Shown: positions 28,290-45,497 of the stretch, piece after piece | How the letters are laid out: each line of letters opens with the position of its first letter | Numbering within the stretch: position 1 is the first letter of the stretch | Source: the human T2T-CHM13v2.0 reference genome, Homo sapiens | Length of the DNA stretch: 64,000 bases | Direction: 5' to 3' (one strand) | NCBI RefSeq assembly: GCF_009914755.1 | Contig: NC_060927.1 | The notes under the pieces: model-generated | What the model saw: only the letters and a program-made list of their open reading frames with translations | The model's database searches: none | Told to the model about the DNA's origin: nothing | Made by a program: the position numbers and the translations under genes

Positions 28290-31200
28290 CTCATAGGGCA
28301 GAGACTTTATCCCAGAAGCGGCAGCCCAAGAATACTAGAATCATCCTCATTCCAGCTTACTTGTAGGGCAAAAGCTCTGGGGGTGGGGAGGATTAAGGAA
28401 GAAGGAAACTGAGAAGTTGAGAGGCTACTGCCCCTGCCCAAGTGCCTGGAATTGTGCTTAAAAGAGTTTGCCCAGAGTGGGAGGTAATTCATAAGAAAAA
28501 AGAGCTCTGAAGCTCTCCATAGAACTGACTTTATTTGAAACAAAGTGGTGTGGGGAAGTATAAGTCTAAGAGTGTTCTTGAAAACAATGGATATTGGATA
28601 TTTTGATCATAAGCAAATAAGAAGAGATTGGTAGCTCTCCTTCATTAAAGGCAAGAAACTAAAACATAGGTCAGCAAATTCACCACAAAGAACTACGGAA
28701 AGTGATGGCTAAGGAGAGTCCCCCTGGGGTCAAAACAAATCTCAAAGACTGCGCTTAAAAGCTATCACTTCCTGAATTTAATTGAATCAGACAGTTGAGC
28801 AATTTATGCCCCATGGCATTGTCAAGGAAAATAGAGCAATTATCCAGCAATTAGTTGAGCCTAAAATCGAAGTGTAATACCAAAAGAGGCAGACAGCTTA
28901 ACAGAGAGATCACAAAAGGAGACAAAGATAGCCTTGCTGAAACAACAGTCATCCTACACTGACCGTGTGCACATCCAAGGATGTACTCTCCTAGGAGTGA
29001 CACCAAAGCTTTCACATTGTGTGTGAATGGAGGGGGATAGGTTGGAGAGGGAGCAGATTCCACTAAAATAGTCTAGCCAGATTACCATTTAATAAAGAAG
29101 CTTCAGAGAGGAGAAAAGTGAATCAGTTATAGAGTTTCCACAATATGTTACTTAAAATGTCCAATTCAAAACAAAACAAAAATATGAAATGTGCAAAAAA
29201 CAAGAAAGTGTGACGCACACAGGGGAAAACAGTCAGTAACAGAAACTGCACATGAAAGGGTCAAGATGTCAGAGCTAATAGAAAAAGAATGCAAAGAAGC
29301 CATTATAAATATATTTAAAGAATTAAAAGGTACAATGCTTAAGGAAATAAAAGATACTATGACCATATACAATCAAATACAAAATATCAATAGAAATTAT
29401 ATTTTGAAAAGAACCAAATAGAAACTTTGGAGTTGAAAATTATCATAACTGAAATGAAAAAGTCACTAGAGAGACCAACAGTACATTTGAAGAAAGAACC
29501 AGTGAATTTAAAGATGAATCAACAGAGACTGTGCAATCTAAAGAGCACAGAGAAAACAAAAGAAAGAAAAATAAAAAGAGCCTCAGAGAAATGTGGTGCA
29601 CCATTAAGCACACCAACCAGAAAGGAAAGAGAGAAAGGAACAGAAAAAATACTTAAATAAGTAATGGCTGAAGACTCCTCAAAATTGATCGAAAACATTA
29701 ATCTACACGTCTTAGTCCAATTTATGCTGCTATAATAGAATTCCTGAAATTAGTAATTTATAAAGAACAGATATGTATTTCCTACAGTTCTGGAGGCTGG
29801 GAAGACCAAGATCAACAGGCCAGTATCTTGTGAAGGACTTCCTGCTGCATCATAACATGGCAGAAGGCATCACCACATGGCAAGAAAGAGAAAGGAGGGA
29901 AGGCAGCAAACTCATTCTTTTATTAGGAACCCACTTCCACAGTAACTAAACTACTCCCACAATAACAGCATTAATCCATTCATGAGACCAGAGTCCTCAT
30001 AATCTAATCACCTATTAAAGGTCTTACCTCTCAACATTGTTACTTTGGGAATTAATTCTCCAACATATAAACTTTAGAGGACACATTCAAATCCTAGCAC
30101 TCCACATCTAAGAAGCCCAATGAAACCCCAAGTAGAAAAAACACAAAGAGATCCACACCTAGACATATCATAGTAAAAGTGCTGAAAGACAAAGAAAAGA
30201 GAAAATCTTGAAAGTAGCAAGAGAAAAGTGGTTCATCATGTACAAGGTGACATTGATAAAATTAACACTGACCTTGCATTAGAAATAATGGAGACCAAAA
30301 GGCAGTGATATGATATATTCAAAGTGCTGAAAGAAAAAACAACAGTGAACCAAGATTTTTATATCTAGTGAGGCTATCTTTCAAAAATGAAGATGAAATA
30401 ATCACATTCCCAGAAAAACACAGAGAATTCTTTGGTAGTTCGCCTACCTTATAAAGAATACTAAAGGACATCCTACAGGCAAAAAACAAGTGACCCTAAA
30501 TGGTAATACAACACACAAGTATGATAAAAAATATATATTTCTTTTCCTTTCTTCTTTTAGCTGATTTCAAAAGCAATTGTGTAAAACAATATGTTTAAAA
30601 TTGTGTTGCTGGGTATGTAACATATAGAAATAAAATATATTTGCTAATAAGAGCACAAAGGATATGGGTGGGAGCAAAGTTGCATTGGAGTAAGAAAATC
30701 ACACCTGCAGGTAACTCACAGTCACAGGAACAAATGAAGACAGCCAAGAGTAACTAAGAAGTTTATTAAAATAAATCTTATAAATATACACTTATTTTCT
30801 TTTATTTTCTCAGCTCCTTCAGTAGACATCTAGTTATATTAAGCAATAATAAAAAAAAGTTGTTTGGGTTTTAACATATATGAATATAATATGTAGAATT
30901 TAAAACAATACAAAAACAGGAGAGAGGAAATAGAGCTATATATGAGTAATATTTCTATAGCTCACTGGAATTAATATAAATCTGAGATAGACTCTGATGA
31001 GTTAGATGTATATGTCAAATTTTAGAGTACCCAAATAAGGAAATAATTCAAAAAGATTTTGAAAAAACTAAAGTTATTAAAATGTTATACTAGAAAATAT
31101 TTACTTAATGCAAGTGAAGCAGTAGAGAAATAATAAAGGAAAAAACATGGAAGACATATAGAAGACAAACAGGAAAATATGAGAAGTAAATAAACTGAAT

Positions 31201-32085
31201 TAACAACAGCATTAAATATGAATGGTTTAACCAATCCAATCAGAAGGCAGAGATTGCCAGAATAGATAAGAAAACAAGATCCAATTATACACTGTCTGCA
31301 GAGGACACATTTTGGGTTCAAAGATATAAATAGATTGAAAATAAAAGGATGGAAAAAGACATGTTATGCAAACAGCAACCATAAAAGAAGCTGGGATGAC
31401 TCTATTAACATCAGACAAAATAGATTTAAAAACAAAAAACTTACTAGAGATAAAGAGGGACATTTTATAATGATAAAAGAACCAAAATATTGGGAAGATA
31501 TAGCATTTATAAACATATATACACACCTAACAGAAGAGACCCAAAATATATGAAATGAAAATTGACATAACTGTTGGAAGAAACAGACAATTCACAATAA
31601 ACATTGGAGATCTCAATACCTTATTTTCAGAAATGAATGAATAACAACTAGATAGAAGATCAACAGGGAAATGGAAGATTTGAACAAAACTATAAGCCAG
31701 TTAAACCTAGCAGACATCTATAGAACACTTAATTCCAAATGGCAGAATACACATTCTTGTCAGGTACACATGGAACATTTCCAGGATAGACAATACACTA
31801 TGCCACAAAACAAGCCTCAAAAATTTAAAAGGGCTGAAATTGTACAAAGTATGTTCTCTGATCACAATGGAGTGAAATTCGAAATTAATAACAAATAGAA
31901 ATTTGAGATATTTATAAATATTAAACAACACATTTTTAAATAAGCAGTGGGTCAAAGAAGAAATCATAAGAAGAATTAGAAAATAAGATAAAATAAAATA
32001 TAATTAAATATATAGAAAATAAAAATGAAAATAAAATGTATTTGATATAGCTAAACATTGGTTAGAGAGAAATTTATAGCTATCA
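28290..32085 (+). mobile_element. Old L1M 5' UTR/ORF1/ORF2-endonuclease region (a related piece may lie at 26785-27095)
   Basis: Degenerate ORF1 and EN peptides (LTRDKEGHFIMIK, SMFSDHNGVKFEINNK); boundaries approximate. Confidence 0.8.
29708..30099 (-). mobile_element. MST (MaLR) solo LTR nested in the L1
   Basis: gtcttagtcc...cagttctggaggctgggaag...ggacacattcaaatcctagca; 5-bp TSD ctaca/ctcca. Confidence 0.88.
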
Positions 32086-32089
32086 AATA

Positions 32090-32242
32090 TGAGTCAGTAA
32101 ACAGGCCCTCCTCAGACATCAAATCTGTCACTGCCTTGATCTGAAACTTCCCAGCCTTCAGAGCTGCGAGAAATAAATTTCTCTTGTTTAGAAGTTACCC
32201 AGTCTATAATATTTTGTTATAGCAGCCTGAATAGACTAATAC
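32090..32242 (+). mobile_element. MaLR (MST/MLT1A-like) LTR 3' fragment
   Basis: gagaaataaatttct...ttttgttatagcagcctgaatagactaataca. Confidence 0.8.
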
Positions 32243-32716
32243 AATATCCATTACCCTCACACTCCCTGACAGCCCTCATCTCCCACCACTCCTCACCCAC
32301 AAGATTGGTCTCTGCAGAAACTGAGTTTGTTCCCAGCACTGCCTTTTTTTTCTAAAACAAACAAACCAACCAACAAACAAAACATGCTATTCAGTTTACT
32401 TCCCAATCCCCTTTTCCTCACTTTTCAGCCAGTCCAAATTCTACATTTCTTGTAGAGTTCAACCAAAGGAACTCCCCCTGTCATCCCAGCCCACTCTGAT
32501 TTTGCTCCCCTCTGAACTCTTCTGACACCTCCTATCTGTGCCACACCTGCAGGACCACAATAAAGAACCTGTCCTGAGATGTGCACATGGGTATCAAAGG
32601 GCAGCCACGTTTTGTACCCTTATTATCCTTGCATAGTGCCTAGAAAAGGGCAGGCTACCAGTGCCCTGTGATAACTCCAGCTTTGTATGACCTTTAAGTC
32701 TATGTGTGAACCTTCA

Positions 32717-33187
<471 letters not shown>

Positions 33188-33477
33188 TTAGCAAAGGAAA
33201 AGATATAGTGGGTTTCCAGGACAACTTTTCCCCAAGACTAAAAACAGAATCAAATTAGAGTTTTATGTCCCACTGTCTCCTAAGAAAGCTCATCTATCCA
33301 ATAAATAAAAGATTGAGAAAGAAATAGAAACAGTAAGACAGAATAAAAATTGAAATTAAAGGGTGCAAATAGCCAAGTCCACTTTCCCTACATATAAATA
33401 ATATGGATGAGTAGACCCTTACCAGGGTAAAGCAGAATGGGATAACCATATGGCAAAATTGAGAGTACATTTCTTGA

Positions 33478-33674
33478 GGAACAGCTGGATAGTGAGCTTT
33501 GATTTTTGCTGGAATTTCCCACAAGGATATGAATCTGATATTCAAGCCCAATGTACAGTCCTTTCTTATTTGAATATTTGTGAGATGATGTACTTTACAG
33601 TTTCTTTAGGTCCTGTTGCCCTAACCTTAGTAACGTACTGGGGCCAAGCCAAGCGAGTTGGACCAAATATGCAA
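33478..33674 (+). repeat. ~200-bp inverted repeat arm A (unidentified sequence)
   Basis: About 70% identity to the reverse complement of 34401..34602. Confidence 0.85.
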
Positions 33675-34400
33675 CTCTTTCGTTGAACCACATATCACTT
33701 CAAATTCACATAATCCCAATAGCTTCCTACCTGGGTTCTTTGCTCATAATTACACACTCTCTAATTCATCATCTTTACCTCCTCAAATTCCTTTGTTTGT
33801 GGCTCTCTTCAGCTCGACAATAGACAGCCTTTGGAGAGAAGTGCCTGGTGGGTGTAAATGGGTCTAGTCACAGTTCCTCAGCTGCACTGTGAGAATTCCC
33901 ACCTCTGGATCTTTGCTTAAGCTCTCCTCTATCTGTCTAAGTCCTCCTTACCATATAAGTGGTCTTCTCAAGTTCTGTAATCTTCCACGAATCCTTTCTC
34001 GGTGCTCTCCTCCCACTCCCACTGGTGATGCCCTGTTCTTCTGAGCTTTTGTATGTATCACTTAGTGTCTAGGCACACCATTTATTAGGTACTTAGGATA
34101 AAGCTATCGTGTGTAGAGAGTTAATTATATTGCACTATAACCCCAACTTGATCCTGAAGATCTTGTGCAGTAAGGCAATGAAGTGCACTTAATTAGCCTC
34201 CTCATAAATATCTATGCTTCCAGCTGCAAGTAACAGACTCAAGCCAGCTTATACAACAAAAATCTGTAGCATAACAAGAAGTTCGAAAATAGAACAGCAG
34301 GCCAATTATGACATGAATACAGGTTTGTTCTCTCTTTTCATTCTACCTGCCTCAGTGTTGGCTTTGTTTTAGGCTGGCTCTTCTCATGGTTGCATAATGT

Positions 34401-34602
34401 TTGCAGGTTTGGTCCAAACCCCTCTGGCTAGGCCCCAATACCTCATTGAAGTTAGGGGAACAGGGACCTAAAGACACTGCACAAAGTACACCATCTCTCA
34501 ATTCGTGCAAACAGGAGAGGATTGCACAGCAGTCCTGGATGTCAGATCCATATTCCTGTGGGCAATTCCACCACAGCTCTAAGCTCATGATCTGGCTTTT
34601 CC
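34401..34602 (-). repeat. ~200-bp inverted repeat arm B, apparently interrupting an old MLT1-like LTR (~34210-34805)
   Basis: About 70% identity to arm A; MLT1-like sequence on both sides. Confidence 0.8.
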
Positions 34603-34948
34603 AGGGGTCACAGTCATAAAAAAGCCCAGAGGAAGTAAAACGATCATTTTTTAAAAACACATATTTCTTAAGAACAAAAGATTGTTCCCAAATTGCTCCA
34701 GTGGACATCTCTTTACATCCTATTGACCAAATTAACTCACTAACTCCTATTTCAGCCAATCACTGGGGAAGAGAATACTATTGTCTTAGAATAATCATCT
34801 GGAATAAAATAAATTTGGGGGCATCAGTCAAATGAGTAATATGTGTCAAAGAGGTTTTTTCATGCTTATCATACTTTTCTCAAACAAAATTTGAATGAAT
34901 ATTTCAAATATTTATTTGGCATTATATTTAGAATAATAATTTTTACTA

Positions 34949-35479
<531 letters not shown>

Positions 35480-35609
35480 CTATAAAGCAAATGACATATA
35501 CCCAAACTTATGACATCCAAAACTCTCTTCAAAGTTAAATCCATCCTGAACATAGCCATCAGATCGCTGTCATAATCTAATGCTCACCTGTATCTACTTT
35601 CTTATTTGA

Positions 35610-35918
<309 letters not shown>

Positions 35919-36030
35919 AGGAAATATTTTGTTTTAGTTTTTTAATCATTAAGGACTTTGGGATCAGCATGGTGACTGAGCTACATAATTATTATATAAA
36001 ATGAATATTTTGGAATTATATGTAATATAC

Positions 36031-36668
<638 letters not shown>

Positions 36669-37891
36669 CATTATATAATTCAGGCCACGAGTCTGAATCT
36701 AAGCCTCATAAGAATGATTAGAGTAATATGGCATTTGTAGTCAGGAGAGAAAAGGCAACCAGCTATTCAAGACTTGTATACTTTTTCCACAGAGAAATTT
36801 TATCCTAGATCTTCACGGACTTTATAGGAAACAACCTTAGAGAAAACATAGCAACTTGTTTTATAGGTTGTTTCTTATATTAACTTTTGATATAAACTGA
36901 CGGTTTTACTCCAAAGTACAATTTTGTTAAGCACATCCCCTATTTGGGGATGGAAATGTTGCAGGTCAGTAAGGCTTCTGCTTGAAGAGGACTGTCATTG
37001 TCTACTCAAAGGGGAGCTAGGAGCATCCCAGGAAAAACCTGTGGTTCCATTCTCATACAGAGACAATGCCACAGATTTCCGTGCATTAGAGCCTGGCTGT
37101 AATAAGCCTAAACAATGATAAAGCAAATGCAATTTTGCTTACCTGAGTGCTAATAAAACATTAGTAGGAAAGCTTAATAACACCTGACTTTGAGCAGTGT
37201 AACCTCTTACTATATCCCAAGTATAAAAAATATAAAATGTACATTTAGGTAACTGAATGAGGTGTCTTACTCTATAGGCTTAAAAATCCTATCTGAAAAA
37301 AAAAGGTAAATATCTTTGAAAGGGGACAAAATCCCACCTTGGAGGTTTTCTAGTTCCCCTTCTCAGATTGGATTTCTCTGTAGTCCTCTGTCTATACCTT
37401 TCCTGGGCTCTGTCACACTGTACTGTGCATGTAGCCTAGTCTTGTATCACTCCTGTGCTGCAACCTTCTCAAAGACAATGATTTCCTCATCCTTTGTGCC
37501 TTCCCTCATGTCAGTTTATATTAGGTACTTTGTAAAGGTTTCCAGAATGCTTCCAAACTGGATAGCAGGCAAAGACTACAGAACAGAAATGTAGCACTGG
37601 CAGCAGTGAGAAGGAAACTTGTGAGATAGATAGCACCTGCCATCAGCTCCCCTGCATTCCTCCCCGGCATTCTATAGTCTTCACCCCCCTTGGCGAGCCC
37701 AATATGACCTGAAAGATAGGAATATTTTCCCTTATTTATTTATTGCCTCACAGCTCCATGGGAAAAAAAGAGTGTCGGAAGGGTTGTGCACAGAGCAAGG
37801 AACAGAGTCCTCACACTGGGAGACACAATTTTGTACCCAGTTGCCTAAAGGGTCATCTCTGGCAGGAATGGGCTAAGGGTATAAGGGTTCA

Positions 37892-38260
<369 letters not shown>

Positions 38261-39907
38261 CTAGAGTGGGACAAAGAAGAATGAGAGAAGGAAGCTGCGG
38301 AGATAACACTTTTAAGAATGGCCCAAGGGAAGTACAGAGGTTACAATGAAATGAAAAGTATTCTCATGATTGACACACTATACCCTAAAGTCCATGCAAT
38401 AGAAATATTTACTATTGTAGCATGAACCTCACTATGACTTTGCTCCTCTCTCCATCCCTCTCCATGGTGCCCAGAGCAATGTAACCAAGCTCACAGACAC
38501 CAGAATGGAAAATGAATATTATTTCTCATTCTGTTGAAGATAAAGCAAAATGGTATTACTGGTAGATGGCAGGGTGACAGAGTGTCAGGCAATTTCTCCT
38601 CTGAATTCTCTTTAGAATACCAATTAAAACAATTAAAATAGGGAGAGAAGGAATGTAAACAATAGCCCTGAAAACTAAGGATAATTATCCCCCATAAACT
38701 AGAATCCAGGAGGAGTTCACCTGACCACCTAATTTCAACACCTTGATCAGAAAAATTAAAAATAAAAACAAAAAAGGGGCACAGATCATAGAATTAGAAA
38801 ACACTTCCAGGGGCAAAAAAAAAAAAAAAAAGTCTTTGAGCAACTCAATATATGGGATAAGCCTTAAATTTGTTATGGTTGAAAGGAGAATTAGTGAATC
38901 AGAATATAATCCTAAAACTCATTCAGAATGCAGGGCTCACATTTCCAGAACAAAATATCAAAGAATAAAAAGGAGAGGCAGGAATTACAAAAAGTACTGA
39001 ATTTTGTATTTTCCATGGGCAAAATAGTTTTGTCTTTGTCTTCAATAATCAGATAAATACAAGCTTCAGAAATATGTAAAAATGTTGAATGTAGTAGCCA
39101 ATTAAAAAATAAATCTGTCTTCCATATCTTTGCAAAAAATAAAGCAAATAATTTCTTCACGGCAAACAGCACAGTCTTATCACATACAAACACAAATAAA
39201 TAGAAATGAAAAAAGCAAGAATACAAAAATAATAAGGTAATATTAAAAGGATTAAAGTCTTTACAAGGATTGTTATAAAACTGTCTACTACAATTCTGGG
39301 GGGAACCTATAAATGACTAAATTCGATTATTAAAAATAATGGATTATCTATTTTTATAAATGATTCAATGATTTACTATTTATTTTTAAAAATGCCTGAA
39401 ATAAAATGGCACAAGTTAAAGACAAAAGGATAGCAAAGATAAATCCAGGGTAGAAAAATAAAAATAAATCAAGAGTTACAAAGAAAATTCAAGTTTATTT
39501 TCATATTCCCCCTTTAAATACTGCCATCTACTCCTGCTCAGTGTCACCACCAGTATCTAAAAGCATACAGTGATGCCTGTCCTAGATAATTGTGTAGTCA
39601 TCCCCACCTCTTTTGACTCACTCCTCCTTCTTGTATCTCCTTTAGGCTTTAGGCATCAAGCTCTACAGCATCACCAGATACCTTGGGACCATTGTTTTGT
39701 CAATTCAATCCAACTTTTCTTTATGGCTTCTTGGCATTCAGTGTATCCCTCTGATTAGAGCAATCTCTACCCTAGAGAGTTAATTTTCTAGTCCAGTCCT
39801 GCAGAACTCTACAGAATGGCTTAATCCTGGCCCATGCATCAGAGGAGGGAAGTTTTGATGTGCTCCTTGGAACTTAAGACTCCAAGGCTTCTCTCCACCA
39901 CTACTAC

Positions 39908-40097
39908 CATGGGAGCAGTAAATAGTGTGGCTGCCATTTTGGTATTGTATGTCCAGGGAGTAGGCCCATGGAATGGAAACACAAGCTATGTGTATGGTTC
40001 TACATATTTCCTGCCAATTTTTAGGAGCTAGGGTGCAGCTGCTGCCTGTGTACTTGGAAAACAACAATGTCCCTGTGGCCCTGTGGCTCCTCCTGCT
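39908..40097 (-). pseudogene. Putative decayed duplicate (pseudo-exon) of SCN11A exon 12
   Basis: Collinear patches of similarity to exon 12 at the acceptor/EQE start, SKY, DPFTEL and LAMEHHKM; frameshifted; 3' boundary uncertain. Confidence 0.5.
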
Positions 40098-40680
40098 CTG
40101 GAGGAAGTGAAGAAGAATGTCAATCACTCAGTTTCCAACTGCAAAATGTAGCTTCACCTCCACACTCAGGATGTCTAGTCAGTGGTAAATCTGAGATGGG
40201 GGTTTTTCTCATTTTCTAAATTTGGACCAGCAGATGAAAACAGATCACCACTGCAATTGGGAAGCCCTGTCCACAGAGATGACTCTGGGTTTTTGAGTAT
40301 TCTCTACAACTTATTCAGTAACTCCATTCCACCAGGAGGTGCTAAAAGGTGGAGTCTGCTGACCATGCCCCTATAGACACAGCTTGCTGCCTTCAACTGA
40401 AACAATTTCAGCTCATTTCTGGGATGCCTCAGCAGAGGATAGCTGAATACATGGCCAGGAGACCCTGATCTGTTACAAGCAACTATGTGTTAGGTTTGTC
40501 AAGCAGCATGGAATCTAGTCTAACCCATTCACACCCACAAAGCATTTATTCCCAAAGGCAGCATGGAGAAAGGAATTTATGTGCTATGTGCAGACTGCCT
40601 GTGAGGAGAACCACCCTGGTTTTATACTACAGTTCCACTGTATCACTGCTCCTTGTGGAGGGATGTGGAACTAAGGATGA

Positions 40681-41003
<323 letters not shown>

Positions 41004-41985
41004 GCAGTGGGTTCTTAACAATGTAAAACAAATTTTTTAAAGACATGTAAAAAGACATCACAAAAAAAAAAATGCCAAAAAAGGAGAAAAAATAACACTA
41101 AATAAAAATACATACACACATACATACATGCTTACATAAAGCTTGCAAATATTCTGCAATGCTAAAAATGATCATCTTTGTCAGCAGGTACATGGGACAT
41201 GAATTTCTTCTATTTCCCTTATTTATATTTTTCCTTATTTTTAAAAAATAAAACAGCATTTATTATTTTTTAAATTAGAAAGATAAAACAAAAGTTTAAG
41301 AAGAAAAGGCTAGACATTCTGGTAAGGTTTTTAGCTCATTAATCCATCAGCTAATTAGGGTAGATCATCCCGTGGGCAATTATTTGTTGTTTCTGATATT
41401 CGAGGGACTAATTTTTCCTTGAGAAAAATGCCTTCCACAAGAACCATAAACTGAAGTGAACAGTCCTTGAAAAGTCTGCTCCCCTTAGTTTTCCCAATTT
41501 AACTGAGACTAGATCTATCCAATGAGAAACATATTGAAGCAGGCTCAAGTCTGGAAATTCACCCCACCCCAGCCTGACCAAACCCCAAACAACCCCTTCC
41601 AAAAAAGTGAAACTTCCACAGCTGACAGGCCCTGATTCATCTTTCCAGGGAGAATAACACCTAGTAATAGTAGTCACATTATTTTGTGACAAATGATGTC
41701 ATGAATATCACTGGGACCACAACAGCCATTACCACGGTTCTCTGGATATGGTTAACATTTTCTTGATTATCTCAGAGAGCTGACCTTTTAGGATGTCTGC
41801 TTGTATCTGGCTTACCACTGAATGGCTAAAGAGATACCTGAACATACCAGAGGGCCAACTCAGGACACATGGACAATTTCTGAAATGAACCGGGTAAAAG
41901 TAAAACCGTAACAGCCATCTTTTCCCTCACTCCACTGAAGGGGACCAAAAACCTAGGTTAGGTTAGCTCATTCACAAAATGTTTA

Positions 41986-42399
<414 letters not shown>

Positions 42400-43304
42400 T
42401 CAGTTGTGAAATGTTTTGATTTGTGTAGTCAGAAAGGTTTTTCCACCAATCTTAGTGCAGAAGAGACAATGTTCCACATACAACTAGCATGCGGTACAGT
42501 CAAGTCCATCAAATATTTACACTCTTACTGAGCATCCAGGAGCTGAGCTTTGATGTTAGATATATAGATGTGGAAATCAACATTGGCTGGCTGTGAATCC
42601 AAGAGAGAGATAGATACAGGCACAAGTTATGTCCACTCAAGACAGACCATAAGGTCAGCTGTAACAGAGGCAAAAGGGGCAACCAGGGCTCAAGGGAAGG
42701 GGCATCTATAAGCACTGAAACAGTAAAAGGGACTCTATCCTCTAGTTGAGTTCAGACCACCCCTGATTTCCCTGGCACCGCTGCAGGGACACATGCAGGG
42801 CAAACGAGATGATGCAGTAGGCTTAAAAGTGCTAGAGGACCTATTTGACCCCCCTTGCAGGGAGTAAATCCTGCTCCTGAACACCAACCCCTGGGGTGGG
42901 GTCCTGTTACCTGCTATTAATCTGGTCCATCAGATGGCTCCAGCCTTTCTACATAGGTCTTCTATTGCCCATGTGGGGTTTCTGACTCTAACTTCAATAA
43001 CAACTGCCACCTCCTGGAGACTTCAAAGTCTTCTGTTCTTTGACTGACTATTGTTGTCACTTGGATCTCTTGTGACTCCCAGGCCTGGTTTGAGGCCCTG
43101 TTTATGCATTTGGTCTGAAGTCCCATCCCAAGTCTAGCCAGCTTCCACCTCTACCCAGGTGCCAGTTTAGAGTGGGCCCACAGGGAAGGTCTGCTTCTTG
43201 TGAGCCACTTTGTTTACATGCTCCAAAGAGGCAAAGGAAGTCACTCTTTGCAGGATGGTACAGTGGGTTGGTTCCAAAACAGCCTCCTTTGCAGAGGGCT
43301 TCTA

Positions 43305-43607
<303 letters not shown>

Positions 43608-44479
43608 TCAACATTTTCTATAGGTCTACTCACCTCGTCTTTACAGCATGCCAAATATTCAGTTTTCTTATTTCATGTTTAACAAATAAGAGAAATCTGG
43701 TTTGATCATTCATATTTCCTATGCATGCACATTTCTAGAGTCCTACCTACAGACATTTTACTTTCTCTGTGTTTCATTCACTGCCAACAAAGAGCAAACA
43801 AAATTTTACAAAAACTAGTAAGCAATGGTTCCGGGTATGAAAGCAATACAAAATCCAATTTGTAAACAATGTTTAAAGGTAAGAAGTGGAGTATAAATTT
43901 AGAAAGGTGGACTGGAGCCAGATTGTGAAGTGCTAGCTCCAGTTGTGAAGTGAACAACCGCCTATACGGTTTTTAAAACGGTTGGTAACTAAAAAGAACA
44001 GTCCCACTAAATATCACAAAATCTAGATCCTAAACCTCAAACACACTCTCAAGCTGGGCCCAAGGGCTAGCTCACTCTCTCACATCTACCTACAATTCTA
44101 AAGTTACTGGAATTAAACAGTGCAAACCTCCAGCTATCCAGAAAATTTGGGTTTTCCTAGTGGCTTATTTTCCAAGGGTTCTGACTCACCAGAGCCCCAG
44201 AGGGAACTATCTTTTTTGTGATAAGCCAATCTAGATAGTCTTTCTATGAGATCTCTCCCTATTACTACAGCAGAGAACTGATCATAGCAGTGGATGGGAT
44301 CCTTCTACCTACTTCTGCAAAGGCCTCTCAATTCCCTTTCCCCACCACATTATCAGGCATACATATCCACCTTCTACCTACTACATCTCCCTCTATCTCA
44401 GGAAAGTGGCTCTTGCCATCTTTACCTGTATCTTTAGCATCTTCCTCTCTTCTGACTTTTCTCTGGACAATTAAAATAT

Positions 44480-45060
44480 GTCTGAACATCCCCCTCCTTA
44501 ATGATAAGAATAACTTTTTCTGCTGCCCATCCCTCCCCCACCACCAGCTTCATTTCTGCACATCACGCTGCCTAATCAACATCCCTGCTTGGAGGTCCCA
44601 TAAGCATCTGGAAATTGGCACATTCAAAACTGAATGAGCCATCTTTCCACTCCCAAAATGTGTACCTTTCCTGTCTCCATAAATTACCCTCCATCAAGTT
44701 AGCTAATCATGTCGGAAACCAGGCCTTATCCCCACACTGTCCATCAAGTCAACTGCTAAATTTTATCTTCTCCAGATCACGGTCGTCTGTTAATTGCTCT
44801 TCATCCTCACTTCCCTAACCCTGGTTTAAGCCACAGGTACCTCTTACTTGGTTACTGCAACAGCCTCTTAACTGGTCGCCTCCAGTTTTGCCCTCCTCCA
44901 ATCCCCTGTCTTCAATGCATCCAGAATTTCATAAATCCAGTCATATCCCTCTCTTATATAAACCTTTCAATGCTCTTTACCCTTAGCCCTCATTGAAAAG
45001 GGTAAACTCTCTAGCTTTGTTTTCGAGGTCTTTTGTGATCCCCCAACTGATCACTATAGC
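44480..45060 (+). mobile_element. L2 fragment
   Basis: Degenerate L2 3' region (ttactgcaacagcctcttaactggtc...); boundaries approximate. Confidence 0.65.
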
Positions 45061-45497
45061 CTTGTGCCACCCACCCTCCCCCAGCCTCATCACACATGTG
45101 CATGCATGAGCGTGCGTGCACGCGCATACACACACACTGGCAAGTTTTCTAATGGGTCATGTTCTCCTGCTTGCCTTCGCTTCTAGGCTTTTGCACATTC
45201 TATTCTCTCTGCAGGTAATGCTCTCTTTTTCCTTTTACTGGTGAATTCATCCTTTCAGCTGACACACTGCATCTTCTGGGGACCCTTTTCCATTGCTTTT
45301 CCCCCAGGCCCCATGAATTCTGGATGCTATTGGTTTTCCCACCCATATGTCCTTACTTGAGGACTTTCTCTAATGATTCAAATCCTGTCTTCCTTAGTGC
45401 ACAGCAAGTAGGAAATTAGAGGGAAATTATTGTCTTCTGTCTTCAGCAATCTTTAATCTATGATGGACCAAAGTTGGTATATATATACCAACATATA

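Noticed and set aside
33450-34759. Pair of similar small ORFs as a novel micro-protein family
   Set aside because: Similarity is explained by the DNA inverted repeat, with indels shifting the frame; no splice or promoter evidence.
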